Source: Candidatus Poribacteria bacterium (GTDB lineage Bacteria > Poribacteria > WGA-4E > GCA-2687025). From it: a stretch of DNA of 64,000 nucleotides. This document shows positions 28,899 through 37,508 of this stretch, piece by piece; the first letter of the stretch is position 1, and each line of letters starts with the position of its first letter. The position numbers and the translations under genes are program-made. The stretch lies in the NCBI GenBank assembly GCA_963665845.2, contig OY762492.1:3136001-3200000 (forward strand), in the 5' to 3' direction. The notes below the pieces were generated by a model, which ran no database searches, was not told the origin of the DNA, and worked only from the letters and a program-made list of their open reading frames with translations.

Positions 28899-29956
28899 AC
28901 GGCGCGCCGTTGCCGAAAGCGATGCGGGACGACCTGCGCGGCTTAAGCCCATACCATGTGGAGAAGCCGCCGGGCGCCGTGCGGTTGGACGCGAACGAAA
29001 GCCCGTTCGACCTCCCGCCGACGCTCAAGGCGGAGCTGGCGCAGGCGCTCATGGAGGCGCCGTTGAACCGCTACCCGGACGGACAGGCGCTGGAGCTGAA
29101 ACGCGCGCTCGCCGAGAGCCTGAAGGTGGACGCGGCGCAGATTGCGGTCGGCAACGGCTCCGACGAGCTGATTGCCGCGCTTATTACGGCGCTGGCGCGG
29201 GACGGCATGCGCGTTGTGTCGCCGACCCCCTCCTTTGCGATGTACGGCATCTCGGCGCAGGTCGCCGGGGCGGAGTATGTCGGCGTTCCGCTTTTAGACA
29301 ACTTTGAGCTGGACGAGGAAGCGATGCATGCCGCCGTTTCGCATGACGGCTGGAGCCTTGTTTTTTTGAGTTATCCGAACAACCCGACCGGCAACTGCTG
29401 GGACAGGGAAGCGATCCTGCGCCTAGCGGAGCGGGAGCGAACCATCGTCGCGGCGGACGAGGCGTATGTGGAGTTTTCAGGCAAAACCTTTTTAGACGAC
29501 ATAAGTCCCAGCCTGCTTATCCTGCGGACCTTTTCAAAAGCGTTCGGGCTGGCGGCTCTGCGCGTTGGATTTATGGTCGGCGGGGCGGAGTGGGTTGAGT
29601 GCATCGACCGCGTTCGTTTGCCGTATAATGTGAACGCATTTTCGCAGTTGGCGGCGTCGGCTCTCTGTCGGCGGCGCGGGTATGCCGCCAGCCGCGTCGA
29701 GGCGATCCTGCATGAGCGGGGGCGCGTGTTTGAGGCGCTGGAGGCGTCGCCGCTGTATGAACCGTTTCCGACGGATGCGAATTTTATCCTGTTCCGCGCG
29801 CTGAAAGGCGGACAAGCGGCGTTTGAACAGGCGCTGGAACGGGGAGTCCTGCTGCGCAATTTAAGCAAGCCCGGACCGCTCCAAGGCTGCCTCCGCGCGA
29901 CGATCGGATCGCGCGCCGAGAACACGCTGTTGATGGAGGCGCTGGACATCGCATGA
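28895..29956 (+). CDS. hisC: Histidinol-phosphate aminotransferase
   Basis: LDANESP, NRYPD, GNGSDE, PNNPTG, DEAY, RTFSKAFGLAALRVG; ATGA overlap with hisD. Confidence 0.96.
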   Translation: MNGAPLPKAMRDDLRGLSPYHVEKPPGAVRLDANESPFDLPPTLKAELAQALMEAPLNRYPDGQALELKRALAESLKVDAAQIAVGNGSDELIAALITALARDGMRVVSPTPSFAMYGISAQVAGAEYVGVPLLDNFELDEEAMHAAVSHDGWSLVFLSYPNNPTGNCWDREAILRLAERERTIVAADEAYVEFSGKTFLDDISPSLLILRTFSKAFGLAALRVGFMVGGAEWVECIDRVRLPYNVNAFSQLAASALCRRRGYAASRVEAILHERGRVFEALEASPLYEPFPTDANFILFRALKGGQAAFEQALERGVLLRNLSKPGPLQGCLRATIGSRAENTLLMEALDIA

Positions 29957-29970
29957 CGGTTGAAAGAACG

Positions 29971-30288
29971 CGGGTTTCTGGACTCCCCCCTTGAAAAGGG
30001 GGGCTGGGGGGTTTCCGCAGGCGCGGACAGCGTCTGCGGCGGCTAAGATTCCCGCTTACGCGGTAATGACGATCGGCGGGGCGGGAATGCATGTCCTCGC
30101 GGAAGCGGGGAACCCCCGTTTTCACGGGGGCAGGCTATGAGGGCGGAGGTTTCTAGACTCCCCCCTTGAAAAGGGGGGCTGGGGGGTTTCCGCAGGCGCG
30201 GACAGCGTCTGCGGCGGCTAAGATTCCCGCTTACGCGGGAATGACGATCGGCGGGGCGGGAATGCATGTCCTCGCGGAAGCGGGAACT
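29971..30288. repeat. Tandemly duplicated mosaic REP cluster inside the his operon
   Basis: ~140-nt unit at ~29973-30113 repeated almost exactly at ~30148-30288. Confidence 0.9.
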
Positions 30289-30334
30289 ACCGGCGGGGCG
30301 GACGTTGATGGCTAAAAACGAACGAGAGAGGCGA

Positions 30335-30925
30335 ATGAGCGCAAGAACGGGACGCATCGAACGGGAAACGCGCGAAACAAAGATCTCCCTGCAGATCGAC
30401 ATGGACGGAACGGGCAATAGCGGGATCTCTACCGGCGTCGGATTTTTAGACCATATGCTGGAGCTGTTCGCCGCGCATGGCTTCTTCGACCTGCAGATCG
30501 AAGCGGAGGGCGACACGCATGTGGACGATCACCACACGGTGGAGGATGTCGGCATCTGCCTCGGTCTGGCGGTTGTGGAGGCGCTGGGGGACAAGGCGGG
30601 CATCCGCCGTTTTGGCGGAGAGACGGTTCCGATGTACGAGGCGCTCGGCTCGGTTTATCTGGACATCTGCGGGCGTCCATTTTTGGATTTCCGCGCGCCG
30701 CTTGACGGCGGAAAGGTCGGAACCTTCGATGTGGAGCTGGCGGAGGAGTTTTTTCACGGCTTTGTCAACAACAGCGGCTCCACCATGCATATCGACGTCC
30801 CCCGCGGGCGCAACGCCCACCATATCATCGAGTGCATTTTCAAGGCGTTTGGGCGCGCGTTGAATCAGGCGTCCCGCATCGACCCGCGCGTTCAGGGCGT
30901 CTTGTCGACGAAAGGGAGCTTGTGA
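30335..30925 (+). CDS. hisB: Imidazoleglycerol-phosphate dehydratase
   Basis: RETRETKI, GFLDHML, DDHHTVEDVG, NAHHIIE, STKGSL. Confidence 0.97.
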   Translation: MSARTGRIERETRETKISLQIDMDGTGNSGISTGVGFLDHMLELFAAHGFFDLQIEAEGDTHVDDHHTVEDVGICLGLAVVEALGDKAGIRRFGGETVPMYEALGSVYLDICGRPFLDFRAPLDGGKVGTFDVELAEEFFHGFVNNSGSTMHIDVPRGRNAHHIIECIFKAFGRALNQASRIDPRVQGVLSTKGSL

Positions 30926-31530
30926 TGATCGCTGTCATCGATTACGGAATGGGCAATTTGCGCAGCGTTCAGAAAGGATTCGAGCATATCGGCGCGCGGG
31001 CGGAGATTGTGCGCGACCCGAACCGAGCGGCGGACGCCGCGGCGCTTGTTTTGCCGGGGCAGGGCGAATTCGGCAGCGCCATGCGCGAATTGCGCGCCGG
31101 CGGAATGGACGAAGCGGTTCTAGACTTCATACGCGCCGGGAAGCCGTTCATGGGGGTCTGCATCGGCTTGCAGGCGCTGTTTGAATCGAGCGAGGAGGCG
31201 CCGGGAACGCCGGGGCTGGGCGTCCTGCCCGGCGTCGTGAAGCGTTTTCAGCCAGGCTTGAAAATACCGCATATGGGCTGGAACCAACTGGAGATATGCG
31301 CGCGCCCGCCGCATCTGCGCGATGTGAAGGAGGGCGATTATGTCTATTTTGTGCATTCGTATTACGCCGCGCCCGCGCTGGAATCGGATGTCGCCGCGGC
31401 GGCGGAGTACGGGGAGCGGTTTGCGGCGGCGGTGTATCGGGAGAACATCTTTGCGTCGCAGTTTCATCCTGAAAAAAGCCAGTCGGTCGGGTTGAGCATT
31501 CTGCGCGCCTTTGCGGAGCTGGCAGAATGA
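30925..31530 (+). CDS. hisH: Imidazole glycerol phosphate synthase, glutamine amidotransferase subunit
   Basis: IDYGMGNLRSV, GVCIGLQ, PHMGWN, YFVHSY, QFHPEKS. Confidence 0.97.
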   Translation: MIAVIDYGMGNLRSVQKGFEHIGARAEIVRDPNRAADAAALVLPGQGEFGSAMRELRAGGMDEAVLDFIRAGKPFMGVCIGLQALFESSEEAPGTPGLGVLPGVVKRFQPGLKIPHMGWNQLEICARPPHLRDVKEGDYVYFVHSYYAAPALESDVAAAAEYGERFAAAVYRENIFASQFHPEKSQSVGLSILRAFAELAE

Positions 31531-31946
31531 CAGGGCGGACAGCGTTGGCGGCATGGCTCTGCGTCTGCTGCGCGGCGGGCTGCGGCGGGGGAGACCTCGG
31601 GCCGGAGGAGACCGCCGTCGCCTTTATCGAAACCTATGTGTATGAGGCGAGTCAGGAGAAGGCGCTGCTTCTGTCTGAAGGGCTGGCGGCGGAAAAACTG
31701 CGCAAAGAGCTGGCGGAAGTCGCGCCGCACCGCCAGAGCGGTTTTGAAGAAGCCGCCCAAAGACCGCCCCTCCACCGCCAGCTGATTAAAAAAGAGCAAG
31801 AGAACAAGAAGACGATTCTTTACACCTACCGCATCGAGACGCGCCCAAAGTCCGGCGGCGCCTTCTCCCGTATGACGCTCATTCACCTAGAGCGGCGCGA
31901 GAACGGCTGGCGCGTCGTCAACTACGAATTTTGGAACGATCCTTGA
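31527..31946 (+). CDS. Hypothetical lipoprotein (possibly NTF2-like)
   Basis: Lipobox-like AAGC, C-terminal LERRENGWRVV; ATGA overlap with hisH. Confidence 0.7.
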   Translation: MTGRTALAAWLCVCCAAGCGGGDLGPEETAVAFIETYVYEASQEKALLLSEGLAAEKLRKELAEVAPHRQSGFEEAAQRPPLHRQLIKKEQENKKTILYTYRIETRPKSGGAFSRMTLIHLERRENGWRVVNYEFWNDP

Positions 31947-31969
31947 CGCCTTGAGCGCGGGCGACGCCT

Positions 31970-32142
31970 CCGATTCCCCCTTGAAAACCCTCTTCCGATT
32001 CCCCCCTTGTCAAGGGGGGTTAGGGGGGTTTAAAGGGCGCGGCGGCTGCGACGCCTTAAGATTCCCGCTTACGCGGGAATGACGGCGAGCCGACAAACGC
32101 CGCGCCCGCCGCTTCTAGATTCTCGCTTGCGCGGGAATGACG
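31970..32142. repeat. REP-like cluster
   Basis: CCCCCCTTGTCAAGGGGGGTTAGGGGGG and two GATTC(C/T)CGCTT(A/G)CGCGGGAATGAC copies. Confidence 0.85.
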
Positions 32143-32159
32143 ATCTGTTTATGGAACGA

Positions 32160-33425
32160 CTAAGGAACCTCCGCCGTCCGCTCTATCGACCCGCCTGCCG
32201 CGAGATGGACGACCGCCTTCCACACATCCCCCCTGCGCGACGGCGCCGACCCCTGCAGCCATGTCGTCTTGTAATTCGTCAGGTACGGCTCCACATAGGC
32301 GCGGTCGTACAGGTCGCCGTTGCGGTAAAACTCCACATAATCGACCGTCTCCGGATAAAGGCTGGCGAGGCGAACCCACCGCTGTCCGTCATATTCAGCC
32401 CCCTCTTCCAGCCCCTGCAGATAATACCGCTCCTCTTCGGGCAGCGGCGGCAGTTCGATCCCGATACCTTCCGCCATGCGCCGCGCAAAAAACTGATCTT
32501 CGCCGCGCGTGATTGTCCAGTCGGTCGGCGGCTCCTGTTTCGTGTTGTTGTTGTAGTAACCCCATGAGGCGCGCTCATTGTAGGTAACGCGCATGTTTCC
32601 GATCGCCTGCGAATCCTCGTTGAAGACGATCGGCTTGTTCAGCTTCCATCCGCGCATTTCCTGTATCATCTGATGGATGCGCTGGCGCGTACAGCCGTTG
32701 CCGTGTACGAGTATGACGTCGCTCGCGTCCGCAACGGTTCGGTTGATGTAGCTTCCGCCGCCGCTGCATCCGACAGGGATGCCCGCCGATTCTTCCCGCG
32801 CCAGACGCAGCAGCGACGCCATCCCCTCCGCCGACTGAATGACCGGACGCGCGCTGTACGGCTGCAGGTTATGCTCATTCGCCGGCTCGATGATGACGTT
32901 GCTTCCGCCGATCGCATGAAGCCATCGGGACGCCGTAATGACCGCGTTTCGGACAGCGTCGTCGTCTTTAAGGCGCCGTATCTGCGCCGGGTAGAAATAG
33001 CTGACGATGACGACCATGCCGAGCTTGTCCGCCGCGCGAATAAGACGCTCCATGCGGTTCGCCGCCGCTTCCTCCAGACGCTTTCCGTCCGCGCCGAACG
33101 GGTTCACCTCCATGGCGCTTCGGTTTTGAACCGTCGCGCATGGTCCGCCGCCTTGAAGTCCGACCGTGAAGGCGCGCAGCCCATGCGCATGCCACTCAGG
33201 GAGCGCCGCGATCAGATTGTCCGTGTTCGTTTCAGGGTCGAAATCGCCGCGCCCCCACTTCGAATAACGGGACGGGTCCGATTTGTCGTCTAGGACGCCC
33301 TGTATGAACCGCGCGTTCATGAGCAGCCCATGCGCTTCCGGTCGGCTTCCGTCGATCTCAGCGTAGGTCGGTTTTCCGTTGATGAGAAACGATTCGCCCT
33401 GTATGGAGAGGTTTGTGTTGTCCAT
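32160..33425 (-). CDS. Hypothetical protein with glycoside-hydrolase-like TIM barrel
   Basis: FLINGKP N-terminus, EPANEH (acid/base-like) and KPIVFNED (nucleophile-like) spacing reminiscent of clan GH-A. Confidence 0.65.
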   Translation of the reverse strand: MDNTNLSIQGESFLINGKPTYAEIDGSRPEAHGLLMNARFIQGVLDDKSDPSRYSKWGRGDFDPETNTDNLIAALPEWHAHGLRAFTVGLQGGGPCATVQNRSAMEVNPFGADGKRLEEAAANRMERLIRAADKLGMVVIVSYFYPAQIRRLKDDDAVRNAVITASRWLHAIGGSNVIIEPANEHNLQPYSARPVIQSAEGMASLLRLAREESAGIPVGCSGGGSYINRTVADASDVILVHGNGCTRQRIHQMIQEMRGWKLNKPIVFNEDSQAIGNMRVTYNERASWGYYNNNTKQEPPTDWTITRGEDQFFARRMAEGIGIELPPLPEEERYYLQGLEEGAEYDGQRWVRLASLYPETVDYVEFYRNGDLYDRAYVEPYLTNYKTTWLQGSAPSRRGDVWKAVVHLAAGGSIERTAEVP

Positions 33426-33462
33426 GCGCGTTCGCCGCTTTCCGTTATGCTGTTGCGTTGTA

Positions 33463-34872
33463 TTAGTTATAATCGATCCAGTCGCCGCGCGCTTCGTTCC
33501 ATTCTTTTAGCCGGGCATGCAGCTCCTTTAAAACAGGCTGAACCGACAAATCGCCCGCTCGGTTTTGCGTCTCCAGCGGGTCGTTTTGAAGGTCGTACAG
33601 TTCGGGAATGTCGTCAGGGTCGTACACATATTTCCATCGCCCGCTGACGACGGCGCGCCGTATGTCGCCAATAGCGGGATTTCCTGAATAGCAGATGTAA
33701 GCGGGGCGCGCGTCCAGAGTTTCCCCGCGCTGAACGCAGCCCCAAAGCGAACGCCCATCTAGTCCGTTCAGAATGGGCAGCCCGTTCGGGATCGGCAGCC
33801 CCGCCGCCTCCAGCAGCGTCGGCATGACGTCCAGATGCGAGACAACCTCATCAACGGCGCGGGGCGTTTGACCGGGTACTTTAACCAAAAAAGGAACTCG
33901 AACCGCCTGCTCATACATCTCCATCTTTTGATACATCGCATGCTGTCCGAGATGATCGCCATGGTCGGACATGAAGAAGACCGCCGTTTCGTCCGCATGA
34001 CCCGTCTCCTCCAGCGCGTTCAGGACGCCGCCGATGGCGTCGTCCGCGAGCCGTACCAGCCCTAGATGCGCCGCCCATGCGCGTCTCCATCTGTCCAAAG
34101 AGACGCCCTCCGCCATCCGCGCGGCGATGCCTCGGCGCCGGTTGGGCGGCTCGCCGACAGCGGGTACGCCGACATTTTTAGGCAGCTGAATCTCGCGCGG
34201 ATCAAACAACGACGCATACGGCTCCGGCAGAACAAGCGGCGGATGCGGCGCCCATAGATATAAAAACAGGGCGAAGGGGCGTTCGCGCGGCGCGCGTAAA
34301 AACGCCTCCGCCTGACGACCCCAGTAAGCGTCTTTGAAATGGCGCGCCTCATACGGAAAGACGCCGATCTGCGCGTTTGAGTATGCCCGCTCAACCGGCT
34401 TCCCGCCATGGTTTTCAACGAAATGGCTTTTATACAGGTCGCGCCCGCCGGGGTACGGGTTGTCAAGCCCGTTCTCTTCGGCGTAGCGTTTGTAGGAGCC
34501 GTTGTCGTTCCAGACGGCGAAGCGGACGCGCTCGCGCAGGGTCGGCTTGACGCGGATATGGTCGACGCCGATGTGGGCGACATCGTAACCGGCGTTGTAC
34601 AGCGCCTCATGAATTGGCATGTGGTCGCCGGCGCGTTTCCCGCGCCAGTCGTTTGTGGTGACGCCGTTGGCGGTCGGATAAAGCCCTGTCGCCAGCGCCG
34701 TTCTAGCGGGGGCGCAGAGCGGGGCGGCGTTGTAAGCGCGCGTGAAACGAACCGACTCGGCGGCGAGACGGTTGAGCGCGGGGCATGCCTCCACGCCCGC
34801 CTGCGTCATGCCGAGGCTGTCATGGCGCTGATGGTCGGTCATGATGAAAAGCAGGCTGCGGCGCGTGGACAT
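33463..34872 (-). CDS. Formylglycine-dependent sulfatase
   Basis: LFIMTDHQR, CAPAR (CxPxR), APHPP, SDHGD, ELYDLQNDPLE. Confidence 0.92.
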   Translation of the reverse strand: MSTRRSLLFIMTDHQRHDSLGMTQAGVEACPALNRLAAESVRFTRAYNAAPLCAPARTALATGLYPTANGVTTNDWRGKRAGDHMPIHEALYNAGYDVAHIGVDHIRVKPTLRERVRFAVWNDNGSYKRYAEENGLDNPYPGGRDLYKSHFVENHGGKPVERAYSNAQIGVFPYEARHFKDAYWGRQAEAFLRAPRERPFALFLYLWAPHPPLVLPEPYASLFDPREIQLPKNVGVPAVGEPPNRRRGIAARMAEGVSLDRWRRAWAAHLGLVRLADDAIGGVLNALEETGHADETAVFFMSDHGDHLGQHAMYQKMEMYEQAVRVPFLVKVPGQTPRAVDEVVSHLDVMPTLLEAAGLPIPNGLPILNGLDGRSLWGCVQRGETLDARPAYICYSGNPAIGDIRRAVVSGRWKYVYDPDDIPELYDLQNDPLETQNRAGDLSVQPVLKELHARLKEWNEARGDWIDYN

Positions 34873-34919
34873 AGGCGGAGTGTAAGGGTATGCGGCGCGT
34901 TTTGCAAGGGGCGCCGCGC

Positions 34920-35136
34920 GCCCGGGAATCGTCCCCCGTTTTCACGAGGACATGCATTCCCGTGTCAGCGGGAATCCAGAGGCGCAGGGTGTACCGGATC
35001 GTCATTCCCGCGTAAGCGGGAATCTTAAGGCATCGCAGCCGCCGCGCCCGCCCTTAAACCCCCCTAGCCCCCCTTTTCAAGGGGGGAACGATCCGCGCCC
35101 GCCCTTAAACCCCCCTAGCCCCCCTTTTTCAAGGGG
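34920..35136. repeat. REP-like cluster abutting the IS left end
   Basis: ATTCCC-N8-GGGAAT copies and a tandem duplication of CCGCGCCCGCCCTTAAACCCCCCTAGCCCCCCTTTTCAAGGGG. Confidence 0.85.
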
Positions 35137-35146
35137 TACTACACGT

Positions 35147-35175
35147 TTGACTAGATAAGCGGATTGCGCTACACT
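35147..35175 (+). promoter_or_regulatory. Transposase promoter overlapping the left TIR
   Basis: TTGACT-N17-TACACT followed by AAAGGA RBS and ATG 35203. Confidence 0.7.
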
Positions 35176-35202
35176 AAAGGGAGATTGAGAAAGGAAATTC
35201 CA

Positions 35203-36107
35203 ATGCAGTCTACCAGTATCTACGAGATTTTTGAAAATATCCCGATGAAAAAAGCGCCGCCCGATTCTTTGAAGAAAGCCGATGGCCGAACCACATCTGC
35301 TGCCCCCGATGCGATTCCAAAAACATCGCCCGAGTGAAAAACGCCAAACCGATGCCGCTCAGATGCCGAACATGCCGCAAGTATTTCAGCGTCCGCACGG
35401 GAACCGTCATGGAGAAAAGCAAAATCCCCCTCCATATGTGGCTTCTGGCGCTCTATTTGTTCCTGACGTTTAAGAAGGGCGTATCGAGCGTTACGATGGG
35501 TAAGCTACTGGGCATAAGGCAGGACTCCGCATGGTCCCTAGGCCACCGCATCCGAGCCTCGATGGTAAACGACGACGAAATGCTGAGCGGAACCGTGGAG
35601 ATAGACGAGGCCTACATCGGCGGCAAAGAGAGTAATAAGCATCGCAGGAAAAAGCTGGGCGTCAGAAGCGGAACCCGCGGCAAGCAGACCGTGATCGGCA
35701 TGCGTCAAAGAAACGGCGAAATCCGCGCGTTTCTGCTGGACAATATGAAGATAAAAACGGTTCATGGCGCTGTAAGGGCGAATGTGGCGCCTGGGTCAAC
35801 CGTTTATACCGACGCTCTCCCGACCTACAAGGGCATGGAGGAATACGCGCATGCCGCTGTCTCGCATCAGAAAGGCGAGTATGTTCGCGGCGATGTTCAC
35901 ACCAACAGCATCGAGTCGTTCTGGGCCGTCCTGAAACGCGGGTACCGCGGCGTTTACCATTACATGTCGTTTAAACACCTGGGTCTATACGTCAAAGAAT
36001 TCGTCTACCGGTTCAATGTTGGAAACGACAACCGCATCGAAACGCTTGCCAAGATTGTTCCGCGCATGGTCGGTAAACGCCTTACTTACGCGGATCTGGT
36101 GAAATAA
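35203..36107 (+). pseudogene. IS1595 transposase with a 1-nt frameshift near the 5' end
   Basis: VEIDEAYIGG, VYTD, VHTNSIESFW, EFVYRFN; Zn ribbon CPRC...CRTC is in frame with 35334, but ATG 35203 is 1 nt out of frame at GAAAATAT (35233-35240). Confidence 0.8.
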
Positions 36108-36393
36108 AGCGGTTGCAGTTCTAAAACCTGTGAGGCAGGATACATGCAGGCATCGTGCGTATGGTTGCAGCGGTAGATTGTGCCGAATGCGCCAAAACAA
36201 GCGCGAAAGCGGAAATAACATCGGCAGTTCTAGGAGATGAAATGAAATGGGCTGGCAGTGTTGCGTCCAACGCAACGCCGCCAGCCCGAGATGAGTCGTA
36301 AGCAACGAATTACGGCAAGAAAAAACGTAAAAAAAAACGCAACGCTGAAAACAATGGCGGGGTATATGCCTCTGGCAAATCAAACGTGTAGTT

Positions 36394-36630
36394 CCCCTTG
36401 AAAAGGGGGGCTGGGGGGGTTTTAGCCGCGCGCGGAATCGGGTTTTTCGTACATTATCGCCTATCTGTAGAGACTGGCTCAAAGGGCCTGACCTCACGTC
36501 TTAAGTAGGGACATGTCGGCATGCGAACGCGGACGTCTTCTGAGGCGCCTCTAGATTCCCGCTTACGCGGGAATGCATGCCCTCGCGGAAGCGGGGGACG
36601 GTTTGGTTGGCGACGCCTTTTTCCCATGAA
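36394..36630. repeat. REP-like cluster abutting the IS right end, plus a composite repeat
   Basis: CCCCTTGAAAAGGGGGGCTGGGGGGG, then GGGACATGTCGGCATGCGAACG...GATTCCCGCTTACGCGGGAATG...GGTTGGCGACGC...TTTTCCCATGA, also found at 56655-56825. Confidence 0.85.
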
Positions 36631-36743
36631 TAGAGCGATCGTCAGTTCAAATGTCCCAACTTCATGCATGAGGTGAGAAAGGGCGGGTTGCGCTCAAACG
36701 TCCATGCGTGTATGATTCCCCTATGAATCATGGAGGGCGGCAA

Positions 36744-37484
36744 ATGCCTTTGACAGACAACGACCGCGACTTTTTCATCGACAACGGGTTCTTTGTAAAA
36801 CGGCAGATCATCGACGCCGATTGGATCGCCCAGATACAGGACGAGACTGAACAGCTTCACGAACGCATGGCGGAGCATACGCCGCAGGGCGTCGGCATCT
36901 CATGGGAGGAATTTGAGGACGACCGCCCGAAGCGCATCCGCCAGCTGATGCATGGCGAGGTTGTGAGCGAGGGGTTGAACCGCCTCACCGACTCGGACGA
37001 GGTGTTGAGCTGCCTTGAGCCGATCATGGGACCGAACATCGCCCTGTTTCACTGCAAGCTGCTTCTGAAAGCCGCCAAAGACGGCACCATCACGCCATGG
37101 CATCAGGATTACGCCTACTGGACGCGGCACAACAACGAGCCGAAGATGATGAACTGCATGATGTTCATCGACGACGCCAACGCCGAGAACGGCAGCATTC
37201 AGTTTGTGCCGGGAAGCCACAAGCTGGGTCTGCTTGAGCATGACCGGGCAAACACATCGTTCGGCGTTTTTCTGCCGGGCTTTTTTCAGGAGCGGGAGAC
37301 GGCCGTCACGCTGGATATGAAGGCGGGCGACGCGGTCTTTTTCAACTCTCTGGTGATTCACGGCTCGGACGCGAACAGGTCGCCGAGGCAGCGGCGCGCC
37401 GTCACGATCGCCTATGATGTCACGGGCAACGGCTACTGCAGGCGCGTCGTGCGCGGCGAGGCGCAAGCGGATAAAACCTACTAA
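36744..37484 (+). CDS. Phytanoyl-CoA dioxygenase (PhyH) family Fe(II)/2OG dioxygenase
   Basis: FFIDNGF, WHQD, NGSIQFVPGSH, IHGS.ANRS...R facial-triad pattern. Confidence 0.92.
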   Translation: MPLTDNDRDFFIDNGFFVKRQIIDADWIAQIQDETEQLHERMAEHTPQGVGISWEEFEDDRPKRIRQLMHGEVVSEGLNRLTDSDEVLSCLEPIMGPNIALFHCKLLLKAAKDGTITPWHQDYAYWTRHNNEPKMMNCMMFIDDANAENGSIQFVPGSHKLGLLEHDRANTSFGVFLPGFFQERETAVTLDMKAGDAVFFNSLVIHGSDANRSPRQRRAVTIAYDVTGNGYCRRVVRGEAQADKTY

Positions 37485-37508
37485 CGCCTCCATCGAAAGG
37501 AGCGCGCC

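Larger units (their letters stand above)
35133..36397 (+). mobile_element. IS1595-family insertion sequence
   Basis: Terminal inverted repeats GGGGTACTACACGTTTGA (35133-35150) and TCAAACGTGTAGTTCCCC (36380-36397) enclosing a DDE transposase. Confidence 0.88.

Noticed and set aside
22980-30288. CRISPR array in the repeat clusters
   Set aside because: Repeats are of mixed types and orientations with irregular, non-unique spacers; no cas genes.
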